Part shown: one piece after another, positions 40,738 through 51,682 of the stretch | Numbering within the stretch: position 1 is the first letter of the stretch | How the letters are laid out: the number at the start of each line of letters is the position of its first letter | Origin: an uncultured Campylobacterales bacterium | GTDB lineage: Bacteria > Campylobacterota > Campylobacteria > Campylobacterales > Sulfurospirillaceae | NCBI GenBank assembly: GCA_964650375.1 | Contig: CAZYTB010000001.1 | Coordinates: 2,052-60,519, forward strand | Length of the DNA: 58,468 nucleotides | Direction of reading: 5' to 3' | Position numbers and translations under genes: made by a program | The notes under the pieces: model-generated | Told to the model about the DNA's origin: nothing | Seen by the model: the letters and a program-made list of their open reading frames with translations, nothing else | The model's database searches: none

Positions 40738-41526
40738 TTAAACAAATCTCATTGTATGTGTTCCCAAGCCTTGGAACATTGCGGTTACATTATCACCTTT
40801 TTTTACTGCATGTGCTGCAGTAATTGCGCCTGAGAGTATAAAAGTTCCAGCTTTTAAAACTTCCCCTCGTTCACCCATCATATTTGCAAGCATTGCAATC
40901 GATGTTGCAGGGTGACCAAGAACTGCCGCACCAGCTCCTAAATCTACCGTTTCACCATTGACTTGTAGAACAACACCTAATGTTTTCAGATCAACATCAT
41001 TGATGCATTTTGACATTCCACCCGTTACATATCTTGATGAAGAGGAATTGTCTGCTATGACTGATTTTAAATCAAATTTAAAATCTTTATATCTTGAATC
41101 TATAATTTCAACAGCAGGCATAACAAAATCAGTTGCCGCTAAAACATCTCCTATATGACAACCAGGTCCAACCAAATCATCTTTGAGTACAAAAGCAATC
41201 TCTGCTTCAACTTTTGGGTGAATCAATTCATCTATCTTGATATCAGCTCCATCTCCACAAGCAAAGTAATCTGCCAAAAATCCATAACACGGATTAGGCA
41301 CACCCATTTGTTTCATCTTGGCTTGAGAGGTAAGACCCATTTTCATACCAACTATTTTAGTACCCCTTGCTTCTTTGTTCGCACGAATTTTCCATTGGAC
41401 ATCAAACGCATCTTTATATGTCATCTGCGGGTATTGGTCTGTCACTTTTGTAATCTCTTGTGCATTAATTTCAGCATCTTCACAATATTTTGCTAATTGT
41501 TCAATTTCAGATTTATTCAATGACAT
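40738..41526 (-). CDS. dmpH: 4-oxalocrotonate decarboxylase
   Basis: GMKMGLTSQAKM, HPKVEAE, EIIDSRY, VIADNSSS, GAAVLGHP. Confidence 0.93.
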   Translation of the reverse strand: MSLNKSEIEQLAKYCEDAEINAQEITKVTDQYPQMTYKDAFDVQWKIRANKEARGTKIVGMKMGLTSQAKMKQMGVPNPCYGFLADYFACGDGADIKIDELIHPKVEAEIAFVLKDDLVGPGCHIGDVLAATDFVMPAVEIIDSRYKDFKFDLKSVIADNSSSSRYVTGGMSKCINDVDLKTLGVVLQVNGETVDLGAGAAVLGHPATSIAMLANMMGERGEVLKAGTFILSGAITAAHAVKKGDNVTAMFQGLGTHTMRFV

Positions 41527-42557
41527 TATATCAAACCTTTCTCTTTAGCCATATCAAGTGCTAAATCTTCAATCATATCTTCTTGACCACCAACTGTTCC
41601 TCTGCGACCAAGTTCTTCCAATATAGCTCTTGAATCAACACCGTATTTTTCAGCAGCTCGTCTAGCAAAAAGTAAAAACGAAGAATACACACCAGCATAT
41701 CCAAGAGTCAGCGAATCTCTTGAAATTCGTGTAGGCTTGCCCATGATAGGCAAAGCTATATCTTCAGCAGCATCTTCTACAGCATGTAGGTCAATTCCGG
41801 TTTCTACACCCATAAGATTTAAAACAGCTATGAGAACTTCTAGCGGACAGTTTCCCGAACCTGCACCAAAGCCAGCTAGTGCAGCATCAATTCTATCGGC
41901 ACCTGCTTCTATAGCAGCTATAGAATTTGCCACAGCCATCGACATATTGTTGTGTCCATGAAAGCCTATCTCTACTTTATCGCCATAAGCTTTTTTTATT
42001 GCACCGATTTTTTCTCTTACTTCATCAGGAAGCATATGACCAGATGAATCGGTTATATATATACAGTTTGCACCATAAGATACCATTTTACCGGCTTCCT
42101 CAACTAACCTTTTAGCACTTGCCATATGTGACATCATTAAAAATCCAACACAGCTAAGACCTATCTCTTTTGCTTTTTCTATATGCTCTTGTGAAACATC
42201 TGCTTCTGTACAATGTGTCGCTACTCTTACCATAGACACTCCACACTCCATAGCTTCAAGCATATCAGGAACTGTTCCGATTCCAGGAAGAAGCAATGCA
42301 GATACTTTTGTATTATTGACAGATTTTACAGCCTCGCTCATCCATTCTTTATTTGTATGCAAACCAAAACCATAATTGATAGAAGAACCACCTAAACCAT
42401 CTCCATGAGTTACTTCAATCAAAGGTACACCGGCAGCATCAAGTGCTTTTGCCATTGTTGCAACTTGTTCCAATGTAAATTGATGCCTAATAGAATGCAT
42501 ACCATCTCTTAGAGACATATCATGTATTGTTACTTTTCTTCCTTTAATGCTGCTCAT
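41526..42557 (-). CDS. dmpG: 4-hydroxy-2-oxovalerate aldolase
   Basis: [45 protein letters not shown]. Confidence 0.97.
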   Translation of the reverse strand: MSSIKGRKVTIHDMSLRDGMHSIRHQFTLEQVATMAKALDAAGVPLIEVTHGDGLGGSSINYGFGLHTNKEWMSEAVKSVNNTKVSALLLPGIGTVPDMLEAMECGVSMVRVATHCTEADVSQEHIEKAKEIGLSCVGFLMMSHMASAKRLVEEAGKMVSYGANCIYITDSSGHMLPDEVREKIGAIKKAYGDKVEIGFHGHNNMSMAVANSIAAIEAGADRIDAALAGFGAGSGNCPLEVLIAVLNLMGVETGIDLHAVEDAAEDIALPIMGKPTRISRDSLTLGYAGVYSSFLLFARRAAEKYGVDSRAILEELGRRGTVGGQEDMIEDLALDMAKEKGLI

Positions 42558-43447
42558 TACGCATCCTTTTCTAATAATTTTAGTGCCATCTGTTCAGCAG
42601 AATAAGTCGCTGCAGAAGTCATAATATCAAGGTTACCTGCATATTTTGGCAGATAATCCCCCAATCCTTCTACTTCAACATAGATAGAAACTCTATGTCC
42701 GTCAAATACAGGACCATTTTTTACTTTATAGCCTGGTACATATTTTCGTATTTCATCAGCCATATCATTTACCGATTTTCTAATCGCTTCTTCATTTGGT
42801 TTGTCTGTTGTAAGACAATGAATAGTATCTCTCATCATTAAAGGTGGTTCAGCAGGGTTAAGAACAATGATTGCTTTGCCTTTATTTGCTCCTCCTACTT
42901 TTACGATAGCATCAGAAGTTGTTTCAGTAAACTCATCAATATTTATTCTCGTTCCAGGTCCTGCTGATTTAGATGAAATTGTTGCGATAATTTCACCATA
43001 TTCTACTTCTTGCACGCGAACAATAGCTTGCATCATAGGTATAGTTGCTTGACCTCCACATGTAACCATATTTACATTTTGCTCATCTTTGTCAAGATGG
43101 TCAGCTAAGTTTACAGGAGGAACACAATATGGTCCTATTGCCGCTGGAGTTAAATCTAGCATTTTTACGCCATATTTTTTTAACTTTTCATTTGTAATTG
43201 GGTGAACTTTTGCAGCTGTTGCATCAAATGCAATTCTTACATCATCTTCTTTTATATGGTCCAACATCCCATCAATACCCAGATGGGTAGTTTTCATACC
43301 ATTTTCTCTGGCTTTTTTAAGTCCGTCTGAACTCTCAACGATACCAACCATCCATAAAGGATTTAGAACTTTACTTCTTAACAGTTTAAACATTAAATCA
43401 GATCCGATGTTTCCAGAACCAATCAATACACAGTTTATCTTTTTCAT
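42557..43447 (-). CDS. dmpF: Acetaldehyde dehydrogenase (acylating)
   Basis: [36 protein letters not shown]. Confidence 0.97.
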   Translation of the reverse strand: MKKINCVLIGSGNIGSDLMFKLLRSKVLNPLWMVGIVESSDGLKKARENGMKTTHLGIDGMLDHIKEDDVRIAFDATAAKVHPITNEKLKKYGVKMLDLTPAAIGPYCVPPVNLADHLDKDEQNVNMVTCGGQATIPMMQAIVRVQEVEYGEIIATISSKSAGPGTRINIDEFTETTSDAIVKVGGANKGKAIIVLNPAEPPLMMRDTIHCLTTDKPNEEAIRKSVNDMADEIRKYVPGYKVKNGPVFDGHRVSIYVEVEGLGDYLPKYAGNLDIMTSAATYSAEQMALKLLEKDA

Positions 43448-43456
43448 AATTTTTCC

Positions 43457-44245
43457 TTAAATAAATCTTACAGAAGCGGAACCAATTCCACCAATGTTAA
43501 TACTCATATTGTCACCACTTTTTATAGGTACCATGCCTGAAAGTGCGCCTGAGAGGATAACTTCACCAGACTTTAAACCAACACCTAATTTTCCTAAGGT
43601 ATTAGCAAGCCATGCCACTGCATTAAGGGGACTTCCCATCGTTGCTGCACCAGCTCCGGTTTGAAGCAACTCTCCATTTCGTTCAAGTGTCATCCCACAT
43701 GTTATGAGGTCAACATCTTTTACATCTACAGCTTGCCCACCAAAAACTATATAGCCGCAAGAAGCGTTATCTGCAACGGTATCTTGAATTTTTATTTTCC
43801 AGTCTTTTACACGCGAATCAACGATTTCAAAACAAGGCATTACAAATTTAGTAGCTTTAATCACATCTGAAACAGTAACACCTGGACCTTTTAAATCTTC
43901 TTTTAATACAAAAGCTATCTCACCTTCTGCTTTTGGTTGAATCATCTTGTTTGTAACATCAATAACATCACCATCATTGTAAATCATATCTGAGAGAAGA
44001 TATCCAAAATCAGGCTGATCCACTTTGAGAAGATTCATCACAGCTTTTGATGTCACACCAATTTTCTTGCCTATGATGTGAGATCCATCATCTTTCATTC
44101 TCTTTTTAATTAAAACATCTTGAATCGCATAAGCATCTTCAATTGTCATATCCTTTTCTCGCTCTGTAAGTGCTTCTATAGACTTACAACTTTTAAGAGA
44201 AGCATATAGCTCCTGTGCATATTTATTTATTTTATTTTGAGTCAT
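43457..44245 (-). CDS. dmpE: 2-oxopent-4-enoate hydratase
   Basis: GKKIGVTS, QPDFG, QPKAEGE, DTVADNAS. Confidence 0.94.
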   Translation of the reverse strand: MTQNKINKYAQELYASLKSCKSIEALTEREKDMTIEDAYAIQDVLIKKRMKDDGSHIIGKKIGVTSKAVMNLLKVDQPDFGYLLSDMIYNDGDVIDVTNKMIQPKAEGEIAFVLKEDLKGPGVTVSDVIKATKFVMPCFEIVDSRVKDWKIKIQDTVADNASCGYIVFGGQAVDVKDVDLITCGMTLERNGELLQTGAGAATMGSPLNAVAWLANTLGKLGVGLKSGEVILSGALSGMVPIKSGDNMSINIGGIGSASVRFI

Positions 44246-44255
44246 ATTAACTTCT

Positions 44256-45713
44256 TTACATTTTTATACATATATTTTTTAACTCTGTATAGAATTCAAG
44301 CGAATGATGTCCGCCTTCTCTTCCAATTCCTGATTTTTTCATTCCGCCAAATGGAGTTCTAAGGTCTCTTAAAAACCAAGAGTTAACCCAAACAATACCT
44401 GCGTCAATCTTCCCTGCCACTCTGTGGGCTTTCGATAAATTTTCAGAAAATACAGTTGCAGCCAATCCATACTCAGTATCATTTGCCATCCTTATTGCTT
44501 CTTCTTCAGTATCAAAAGGTGCTATATGACAACAAGGTCCAAATATTTCCTCTTTAACGATAACTGAATCTTCTGCTAATCCTGTCCAAATAGTAGGATC
44601 TATCCAATACCCACCAGCCAATTCACCTTCCATTTTTGGAGAACCTCCACCAAGCACAACGTTTGCACCTAATTCTTTGGCTTTTTTGTAATAATCAAGA
44701 ACTTTTTCTTGATGGTCTTTGCTGATAAGCGGTCCCATATCAGAGCTTTCATCATGTTGAACACCTAATGTAATCTTTTCACCTGCTTCTTTTAATTTAG
44801 ATACAAACTCATCAAAGATAGGTCTTTCGACATAAACCCTCTCTGTACCTAAACATACTTGACCAGAATTTGCAAATACAGATCTTACCGTTTCGGTTAT
44901 TGCTTTTTTCATATCACAATCTGCAAAAACAACGGCAGGATTTTTGCCACCAAGTTCTAGGGATAAATGTTTTAGATCAAGAGATGATGACTGCATGATT
45001 CTCTTGCCAGTCGCGGTTGATCCAGTAAATGTTATCGCATCTACATCAGGATGTGAAGTTAGTCTGTCTCCAATATCTCGACCAAATCCGTGCACAACAT
45101 TAAATACACCTTTTGGGATTCCAACTTTATTCATAACTTCTCCAAGAAGAGCAGTTGTCGTTACTGTATTCTCAGCAGCTTTTACTACGACCGTATTACC
45201 ACAAGCCAATGCTGGTCCAACTTTCCAAGTCATTAAAAGAAAAGGTAAATTCCAAGGTGTGATAACTGTTATGACACCTTTTGGATATCTTCTGGAATAA
45301 TTCATAGCAACGCCACCATCAGGAGTATCCATCTGATACGCTTCATCTGCCACGGACTTCATAGTGTCTGCAAAAACTTTAAAGTTTGCAGCACCTCTTG
45401 GGATATCGATATGACGAGCTATAGTATATGGCTTTCCAGTATCGAGAGTTTCTGCTTCGAGAAAATCATCAAATCGTCTGTCAATCTCATCTGCTAGTGC
45501 ATATAAAAGTGCTATGCGATCATTAATCTTCATATCACCCCATTCTCCATTGATTGCATCTTTTGCAGATTTAACTGCTAAATCAACTTCTTCATTTGAA
45601 CCTAATGCGATTTGGGAGATTACTTTTCCTGTCGCTGGGTTAAAATTGTCATAAAACTTTCCATTTTTAGATTCTATAAATTCACCATTTATAAAATGCA
45701 ATACTTTTTTCAT
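44256..45713 (-). CDS. dmpC: 2-hydroxymuconic semialdehyde dehydrogenase
   Basis: DIPRGAANF, PWNLP, LELGGKN, NSGQVCLGTER, WFLRDLRTPFGG. Confidence 0.96.
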   Translation of the reverse strand: MKKVLHFINGEFIESKNGKFYDNFNPATGKVISQIALGSNEEVDLAVKSAKDAINGEWGDMKINDRIALLYALADEIDRRFDDFLEAETLDTGKPYTIARHIDIPRGAANFKVFADTMKSVADEAYQMDTPDGGVAMNYSRRYPKGVITVITPWNLPFLLMTWKVGPALACGNTVVVKAAENTVTTTALLGEVMNKVGIPKGVFNVVHGFGRDIGDRLTSHPDVDAITFTGSTATGKRIMQSSSLDLKHLSLELGGKNPAVVFADCDMKKAITETVRSVFANSGQVCLGTERVYVERPIFDEFVSKLKEAGEKITLGVQHDESSDMGPLISKDHQEKVLDYYKKAKELGANVVLGGGSPKMEGELAGGYWIDPTIWTGLAEDSVIVKEEIFGPCCHIAPFDTEEEAIRMANDTEYGLAATVFSENLSKAHRVAGKIDAGIVWVNSWFLRDLRTPFGGMKKSGIGREGGHHSLEFYTELKNICIKM

Positions 45714-45740
45714 ATCTCTTTCCTTTTTAACTCTTTAACT

Positions 45741-46160
45741 TTATATTATACTTTTTATGCCGGCTTGCGCACATATAATATCTTCTTCTTCACTCCCGCC
45801 CGAAACTCCAATAGCTCCTATTATCACATCATCTTTAGCTATAGGAAGTCCTCCACCAAAAGGAACAAGTCTAGCTCTGTTTGAAAAACCCTGTTCTAAA
45901 TGTGGAGCATCTTTAAATATCTGTGTCCATTGAGCTGAGGGGAAACCAAAGCTGGCACTTGTGTATGCTTTGTCTTTTGAAATATCGATGGAATGAATAA
46001 AAGATCCATTCATCCTTAAAAAAGCTAACTCTAAACCAGATCTGTCACATACACTAACATTTATCTTGATACCTAATTTAACTGCTTTTTTGACGGCACC
46101 ATCACAAGCAGCAAAGGCTGCTTGATAGGTGATATTTCTAAGATTCTCAGCTACTACCAT
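45741..46160 (-). CDS. GlcG/HbpS-family heme-binding protein
   Basis: KAYTSA, FGGGLP, IGAIGVSGG.EEED. Confidence 0.9.
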   Translation of the reverse strand: MVVAENLRNITYQAAFAACDGAVKKAVKLGIKINVSVCDRSGLELAFLRMNGSFIHSIDISKDKAYTSASFGFPSAQWTQIFKDAPHLEQGFSNRARLVPFGGGLPIAKDDVIIGAIGVSGGSEEEDIICAQAGIKSII

Positions 46161-46165
46161 ATTTT

Positions 46166-47113
46166 CTATTTACTTCCCAATAGAGTGTAAACGCTGGTAA
46201 AAGCACCGGCTTCTTCACCTGTATGATAGAAAATTCCTCTCCATAAGTTATCTTCTGTCCAAGTGATAGTTGGCATATCAGGCTGAACAAGATATCCAAG
46301 ACCTGCAAAAGTTTCCATTCTATGACCTGATGGATCAAAGAAGTAGATTGTTTCACCTCTTGTGATACCATGTCTTTGAGGAGTAACATCTATCTTCACG
46401 CCACTCATGCCCATCACATCCGCTGCTCTTAATATATCAGCCCAGCCATCTAAGAAAAATGCTGCATGATGCATTCCAGCTTCAGGACCTGCTACAAATG
46501 CGATATCGTGTGGAGTAGAAGTACATGCAAGCCATGTTGCTGCTTGAAGAGAACCTTCCGGTCCTACACAAACCTGCTCTGTTAATTTAAATTCAAATAC
46601 CTCTTGAAATAACTTTGTAACTTCCATTACTTTTTCAGGACCCTGAGCCATCAAAAGAGAATGGTCTAGCCAATGAGCCTTTATACCTTTACCATTTATT
46701 GGCCAAGGAGCTGGGTTTGTATCTCCTGTTGTTTTACCAACAAAAGTTTTTTCAGCATAAAGGTTAAATTCATGTTCACTTGGAGCGATAAATTTTAAGA
46801 CTCTTCCACACTCTGCAGCAGTTCCAGCCGGTAACATTTCGGTGCTGATGCCATAGTCTTCAAGTTTCTTTTGAAGATCATCAAGATCAGAATCTTTCTC
46901 AACTTTGTAAGCAATTCTATTAAAAGTAGATTCATCTGATGGTCTAAATACCATAGAGTATTTATCCCACTCATCCCAACATTTCATATATAGTGTGCCA
47001 TCTTTATCTTCTCTCTCTACTGTCATACCCATTATATTTTCATAGTAGTCTCTAGTTGCTTTAATATCTAAAACATTTAAATCTATATGACCTATTCTCA
47101 TAATTCCCATCAT
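46166..47113 (-). CDS. dmpB: Catechol 2,3-dioxygenase (subfamily I.2.C-like)
   Basis: MRIGH, KCWDEWDKYS, WLDH, PHDIAF, HHAAF, RHGITRGETIYFFDPSG. Confidence 0.95.
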   Translation of the reverse strand: MMGIMRIGHIDLNVLDIKATRDYYENIMGMTVEREDKDGTLYMKCWDEWDKYSMVFRPSDESTFNRIAYKVEKDSDLDDLQKKLEDYGISTEMLPAGTAAECGRVLKFIAPSEHEFNLYAEKTFVGKTTGDTNPAPWPINGKGIKAHWLDHSLLMAQGPEKVMEVTKLFQEVFEFKLTEQVCVGPEGSLQAATWLACTSTPHDIAFVAGPEAGMHHAAFFLDGWADILRAADVMGMSGVKIDVTPQRHGITRGETIYFFDPSGHRMETFAGLGYLVQPDMPTITWTEDNLWRGIFYHTGEEAGAFTSVYTLLGSK

Positions 47114-47128
47114 AAATCCTTTTTTATT

Positions 47129-47446
47129 TTAGTCACCTATTGTGTAGGTGATTTTTTTTGGTTTTGCGATAAATTTTATCTCCATATCACTTCTTGGAAA
47201 TATTCTGCATGCTAAAACGATGCCTTTATCTTCTTCTTCCTGGCTTATATGTTTTCGGCTCATCACCATAGATTCATACTCGCCACTTAATACTTCTATT
47301 TTACAAACTCCGCATCCTCCGTTATGACAACCCTTTGGGGCTACACCACTTCTTGAAGATAAGGAATCCATAAGATGCTTATCTTGAGCACAACTTAAGA
47401 CTTTTTCTCCTACAGTAATATCACTTTTTAAAACAGTGCTATTCAT
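47129..47446 (-). CDS. dmpQ: XylT-type 2Fe-2S ferredoxin (C23O reactivation)
   Basis: GCHNGGCGVCK, MSRKH, LACR. Confidence 0.92.
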   Translation of the reverse strand: MNSTVLKSDITVGEKVLSCAQDKHLMDSLSSRSGVAPKGCHNGGCGVCKIEVLSGEYESMVMSRKHISQEEEDKGIVLACRIFPRSDMEIKFIAKPKKITYTIGD

Positions 47447-47448
47447 AA

Positions 47449-48507
47449 CTATATATTTTTAAAAAGAGGGCTTCTAACCTCTTTACTGTGCAAATCAGCT
47501 TTTGAGAAAAACTTCTCTGTATGGATATCTTTTTCAAACAATCTTCCTCTCATCAAAGCAGTAGTACACACTTCTGTCATAGGAGGAGGTCCACAAAGAT
47601 AAGCCTTATTTCCTGCAAATTTTCCATCATACATTTTGATAGCAACATTATTTGCAAACCCAACTTCACCTTTCCAATTTTCATCTTTATTGTCTGATAA
47701 AACAGGCACATAGGTAAAGTTTTCATATTTTTCGCTTAAATCTCTAAAAAGATCCGCATAGTAAAGCTCACTCTCATCTCTTGCCCCATGAAAAAGCGTA
47801 ATCGGCAAAGTGCATCCATTTTCCAATTCATCTAAAATCATGGATTTTGGACTAGAAAGCCCAGAGCCTCCAGCAAAAAATATCATAGGCTTGTTTGCAG
47901 ATCTTCTGATAAAAAATCTACCAAAAGGACCTGTTATCTTTCTTTTGTCACCAACTTTTACATTTTCATGAATCCAAGGTGTTGCTTCACCATCAGGAAT
48001 AATTCCTATGTTCAATTCTACTATCTTGCCTGTACTTGGTTGGTTTGCTAAAGAAAAAGCTCTTGGCTCTTTAAAACCTGGAACATGATAATTGATATAC
48101 TGACCTGCTTGAAAATTAATTGGTTCTTCTAATTCTAACCAAAGCCCCAATACTCGAGGAGTAAGCATCTCTCTTTTGATGACAGTACCCATAAAGTCTT
48201 TTACAGCTATATTTCTAGCATCAGGTTCCACATCGATATCAGCTTCTATAACAACATCTTCGAGCGCGGTCGCTGTACATGCAAGACAATACCCATCATC
48301 TCTTTCACCATCCATCAAAGCAAAAGAAGAAGCATTTCCTAAATCAACCTCTCCCTCTAAAACTTCCACTTTACATGTTCCGCACAAGCCATGGTTGCAG
48401 GCATGGGGTAGATAAACCCCTTGTCTTAGAGCTGCATCAAGAAGAGTTTGACCCTCTTGCACATCAACCATATCGCCTGTTGGTTCAATCTCTAGTTTAA
48501 AACTCAA
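47449..48507 (-). CDS. dmpP: Phenol hydroxylase reductase (P5)
   Basis: ACNHGLCGTCK, FQAGQY, RAFSLA, GPFG, AGGSGLS, YLCGPP. Confidence 0.95.
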   Translation of the reverse strand: MSFKLEIEPTGDMVDVQEGQTLLDAALRQGVYLPHACNHGLCGTCKVEVLEGEVDLGNASSFALMDGERDDGYCLACTATALEDVVIEADIDVEPDARNIAVKDFMGTVIKREMLTPRVLGLWLELEEPINFQAGQYINYHVPGFKEPRAFSLANQPSTGKIVELNIGIIPDGEATPWIHENVKVGDKRKITGPFGRFFIRRSANKPMIFFAGGSGLSSPKSMILDELENGCTLPITLFHGARDESELYYADLFRDLSEKYENFTYVPVLSDNKDENWKGEVGFANNVAIKMYDGKFAGNKAYLCGPPPMTEVCTTALMRGRLFEKDIHTEKFFSKADLHSKEVRSPLFKNI

Positions 48508-48508
48508 C

Positions 48509-48868
48509 TTATACTCCTAACTTTCCTGTAAGGGATGGTGTAGTAAATTTTATAAATGATTTATGTCCAACACCGTTTTCTTGCAAACTCTTACCAAAAT
48601 CTGGTGTTACAACTTTCCCATCTATTTCCCATATAACCTCTGTTTTATCAAAATCAAGTTTTTCAAAATCTGGCTCTACCTTGTAGGTGACAGGTATGAT
48701 ATCAGATAATATTGCACCAAATGGCATCTCTGGCGGAAGTGGAAATGCTCTTGGTGAACTGACCAAAACATGCCCATACCAGTAAACATATACCACTTGA
48801 TTTCCGTGAAATCTATCTATGCTGTCTTTCATTATTGTTGGATACTCTCCAATTGATTCTATTGCCAT
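48509..48868 (-). CDS. dmpO: Phenol hydroxylase gamma subunit (P4)
   Basis: FHGNQ, LPPEMPFG, SLQENGVGHKS. Confidence 0.92.
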   Translation of the reverse strand: MAIESIGEYPTIMKDSIDRFHGNQVVYVYWYGHVLVSSPRAFPLPPEMPFGAILSDIIPVTYKVEPDFEKLDFDKTEVIWEIDGKVVTPDFGKSLQENGVGHKSFIKFTTPSLTGKLGV

Positions 48869-48878
48869 ATTTTATCCT

Positions 48879-50393
48879 TTATATATTTTTTAATTTATTC
48901 CACATCTCTTCATCAGGAGAACCGACATAATCCAAATTATCTTCACCATGATTAATCTTATACCACTGAAGAACTTCAGGTATAGTAGCCCCACCACAGT
49001 TTCCTTGAAATATTTGATGAGGAGGCATCCAAGATTGAATAAACTTTTCAGGTTGTTCTTCAAATATATGCTTACACCCCGGTGAGCAAAAATGAAATTT
49101 TTCTCCATTATACTCTGCTGTTTCATGTGTATATACATTTGGCTTTCCGCCTTCTATATCAGTAAATCCCAACGGAATTTGACAAGTTTGGCATATCAAA
49201 GGAAGTGTTTCAGAATAATACCTCTCACCCTTTTCTGCTTTTTTAGCAAATTCTTCCCACATAGGTCTATAGTATTTATCAAAAGTATCTGGGTATTTCT
49301 CAGATAACCAGTTCATCTTCTCTTCATTTGGCAACCAAGTATGAATTGCTGCTGCATTACAGTGATTATAAAATATATTCCATACTTGATGAGACAGGTG
49401 TCCTTTCTCAGCTACGATAGTATTTATAAGATTAGTTGGGACTTCGATACCGTATTTTGCTAAGTCTTTATACAAAGCCATTCCATTTTGCTCTATATAA
49501 AGCCCCACTGCCTCACCCCATGATGTTGGAGAATTTGGTAACATATAGTCCATCATCATAGCGATTAAAGACAGCACTCTATATCCTCTCCATAACCATT
49601 TATCCATCCATTTTTGAACTATTGGAACATTTGCCTCGTCTTGTTCTAATAAGAATTTAACTGCTTGAAGACCCAGAGTCATATGCCTTGACTCATCACT
49701 TTGGGCTGAAAAACCAAAAGTAACAGTTGCCATATCTCCATTGTAAGCTGCACCACTCATAAAAGGAACAAAAAGGAGATTTGTTAAAACAAATTCAAAT
49801 GAAAAACCGATAGCTATCATAAATTCAAATGGGCCAGCGGTGCTTGCATCGTCTCCGAAAGATTTTGGAACTGAAAGATACCAAATTCTGTCATGAGCAG
49901 TACGATAATCATGAAATCCATCAAAATATTTGTTATAGTGGCTCATTGTATGTACTTGTGTTTGATAATGTCTTAACTCATCAATTGCTTGCATTTGACA
50001 AGCAACTGTTGCCCCCTCTCCTTTAAATGCTCTAGCGGCATTGGAGAATCCTCCAACAACTTTGTATTCAAGTGGAGTTACGCCTGTTAAGAACAACTTT
50101 AAAGCATTGATATATCTTGCATCAGTGACATTTTTTTGTCCATTATTTTGGGCAAAAGCATCAATGATAGAGTAAAGTTTTTTGTCTTTCTCGGCTTGTA
50201 GTTTCCAGTAAGAATCCATAGTCATCCTAAAAGGATCTTCCCAAGCCTCCCAGTCATGAATTTTGATGCCTTCCATATTTAAGTATGGATGTGTATCTTC
50301 TTTTTTTTGATAGGTTGTATCCCAACCAAGTCTTGTCATATATTTATATGTGTCTTTTTTGCTTAATCTTTTTTTTCTAGGTTCTACACTCAT
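48879..50393 (-). CDS. dmpN: Phenol hydroxylase alpha subunit (P3)
   Basis: WEDPFR; diiron motifs IDELRH, SFEFVLTN, SDESRH; YHS domain. Confidence 0.97.
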   Translation of the reverse strand: MSVEPRKKRLSKKDTYKYMTRLGWDTTYQKKEDTHPYLNMEGIKIHDWEAWEDPFRMTMDSYWKLQAEKDKKLYSIIDAFAQNNGQKNVTDARYINALKLFLTGVTPLEYKVVGGFSNAARAFKGEGATVACQMQAIDELRHYQTQVHTMSHYNKYFDGFHDYRTAHDRIWYLSVPKSFGDDASTAGPFEFMIAIGFSFEFVLTNLLFVPFMSGAAYNGDMATVTFGFSAQSDESRHMTLGLQAVKFLLEQDEANVPIVQKWMDKWLWRGYRVLSLIAMMMDYMLPNSPTSWGEAVGLYIEQNGMALYKDLAKYGIEVPTNLINTIVAEKGHLSHQVWNIFYNHCNAAAIHTWLPNEEKMNWLSEKYPDTFDKYYRPMWEEFAKKAEKGERYYSETLPLICQTCQIPLGFTDIEGGKPNVYTHETAEYNGEKFHFCSPGCKHIFEEQPEKFIQSWMPPHQIFQGNCGGATIPEVLQWYKINHGEDNLDYVGSPDEEMWNKLKNI

Positions 50394-50405
50394 CTCAACT
50401 CCTTT

Positions 50406-50681
50406 TTAGTTATCCCAATAAACGATAAATTCATCGTCAGTTTCGTCAATTTGACCACCAATAGATATAAGTACCAGCTGTAACTCTTCAGGTTCCCACT
50501 CTCTTCCAAGTGCTTCAGATACCGTCTCAGCTTTTACTACAATCCTACCCGGTCTTTCTATCTGAATCATCGCGGGTTTGTTTGTGATAGTTACACCTTC
50601 ATTATCTTCCCTTATCGCCTCTGCAATCGTTCTTCCTTCATCAGTTGATTGAAGGCATAATAGTGCTACACTTTTTGACAT
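50406..50681 (-). CDS. dmpM: Phenol hydroxylase regulatory protein (P2)
   Basis: MmoB/DmpM-like; LVLISIGGQIDETDD. Confidence 0.92.
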   Translation of the reverse strand: MSKSVALLCLQSTDEGRTIAEAIREDNEGVTITNKPAMIQIERPGRIVVKAETVSEALGREWEPEELQLVLISIGGQIDETDDEFIVYWDN

Positions 50682-50689
50682 AAATACTC

Positions 50690-51682
50690 CTATATACTTA
50701 AACCATTTTTATTTAATCTATCTGTTAAATCGCTTTTAGCAGTAGAAACAATCTCTTGTGAATTATTTGAATATCCGGCAAGTGGAGTAATCGCACTTTC
50801 TGCGATATCGATATACTCTTTTACCCAGTGCTCCAGTGTTTGTTTGTTTTCCTCTGATTCTCCTGCCATTACTTTTATAACACTGTTTATCCATTTTGTT
50901 GATTCTTCATACCAAGTTGTTACAAATTCATTCATCATAGCTACCTCTGATACACCTAAATCCGTCATAGCTTCTGAAAACTTAGAAATCAAAACAGGGA
51001 TAACAAAAGCATCTAGTACCACATTTTGTGCAACAAAGAGTTTTACTGGGTCTTTTATAACCAAAGTATCTTCAACCGCTTTTCTTAAGCCTTGCCATTT
51101 GGAATCATTTAGCCAACTATTTTTTCCATTGTCTAATTTTGAAGTATCATTATTTGATACTGCCAAAATAGTTTTTGTGACATGTTGTGCCATACCTAAT
51201 CTATCTGATGCGTGAAATAGACAGGCAGAAGTAAATGCAGTTCCATATCCTCTTGCAACAATCGTAAGATTGTTTAAGTCTGCACCGTACTCATAATGTC
51301 TAAGTGGAGTCATATACTCATATATTTTATTTTTTACATCATCACTGATGCGAGAAAGCATTCCTCTCTTTTCCAGAAAATTAAAGGTTTGAGTATTTGC
51401 ATCATTTTGCTTTGCTCTTGTTGATACATAAGTCATATAATGAAACTTTCTAGGATCCAATAACTTATACCAGTCACTCATCACAATCGCAGTTCTTTTG
51501 ACATCATATATCTCAAACTCTGGTTCCCATTGAGGTCTATAATGAAAATTTTCTGTTGGCTGTGCATCATATACCGCTTCTTCATATCTTGAAGCTGGTC
51601 TATCTTCACCAAATCTCTCTGCAATGTGTCCAAATGTATGTCGTTTGGGCTCAATCTCAATACTAGCTATATCTAATTTCAC
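50690..51682 (-). CDS. dmpL: Phenol hydroxylase beta subunit (P1)
   Basis: PASRYEE, NFHYRPQW, DPRKFHY, PLRH, DRLGMAQ, WQGLR. Confidence 0.95.
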   Translation of the reverse strand: MKLDIASIEIEPKRHTFGHIAERFGEDRPASRYEEAVYDAQPTENFHYRPQWEPEFEIYDVKRTAIVMSDWYKLLDPRKFHYMTYVSTRAKQNDANTQTFNFLEKRGMLSRISDDVKNKIYEYMTPLRHYEYGADLNNLTIVARGYGTAFTSACLFHASDRLGMAQHVTKTILAVSNNDTSKLDNGKNSWLNDSKWQGLRKAVEDTLVIKDPVKLFVAQNVVLDAFVIPVLISKFSEAMTDLGVSEVAMMNEFVTTWYEESTKWINSVIKVMAGESEENKQTLEHWVKEYIDIAESAITPLAGYSNNSQEIVSTAKSDLTDRLNKNGLSI

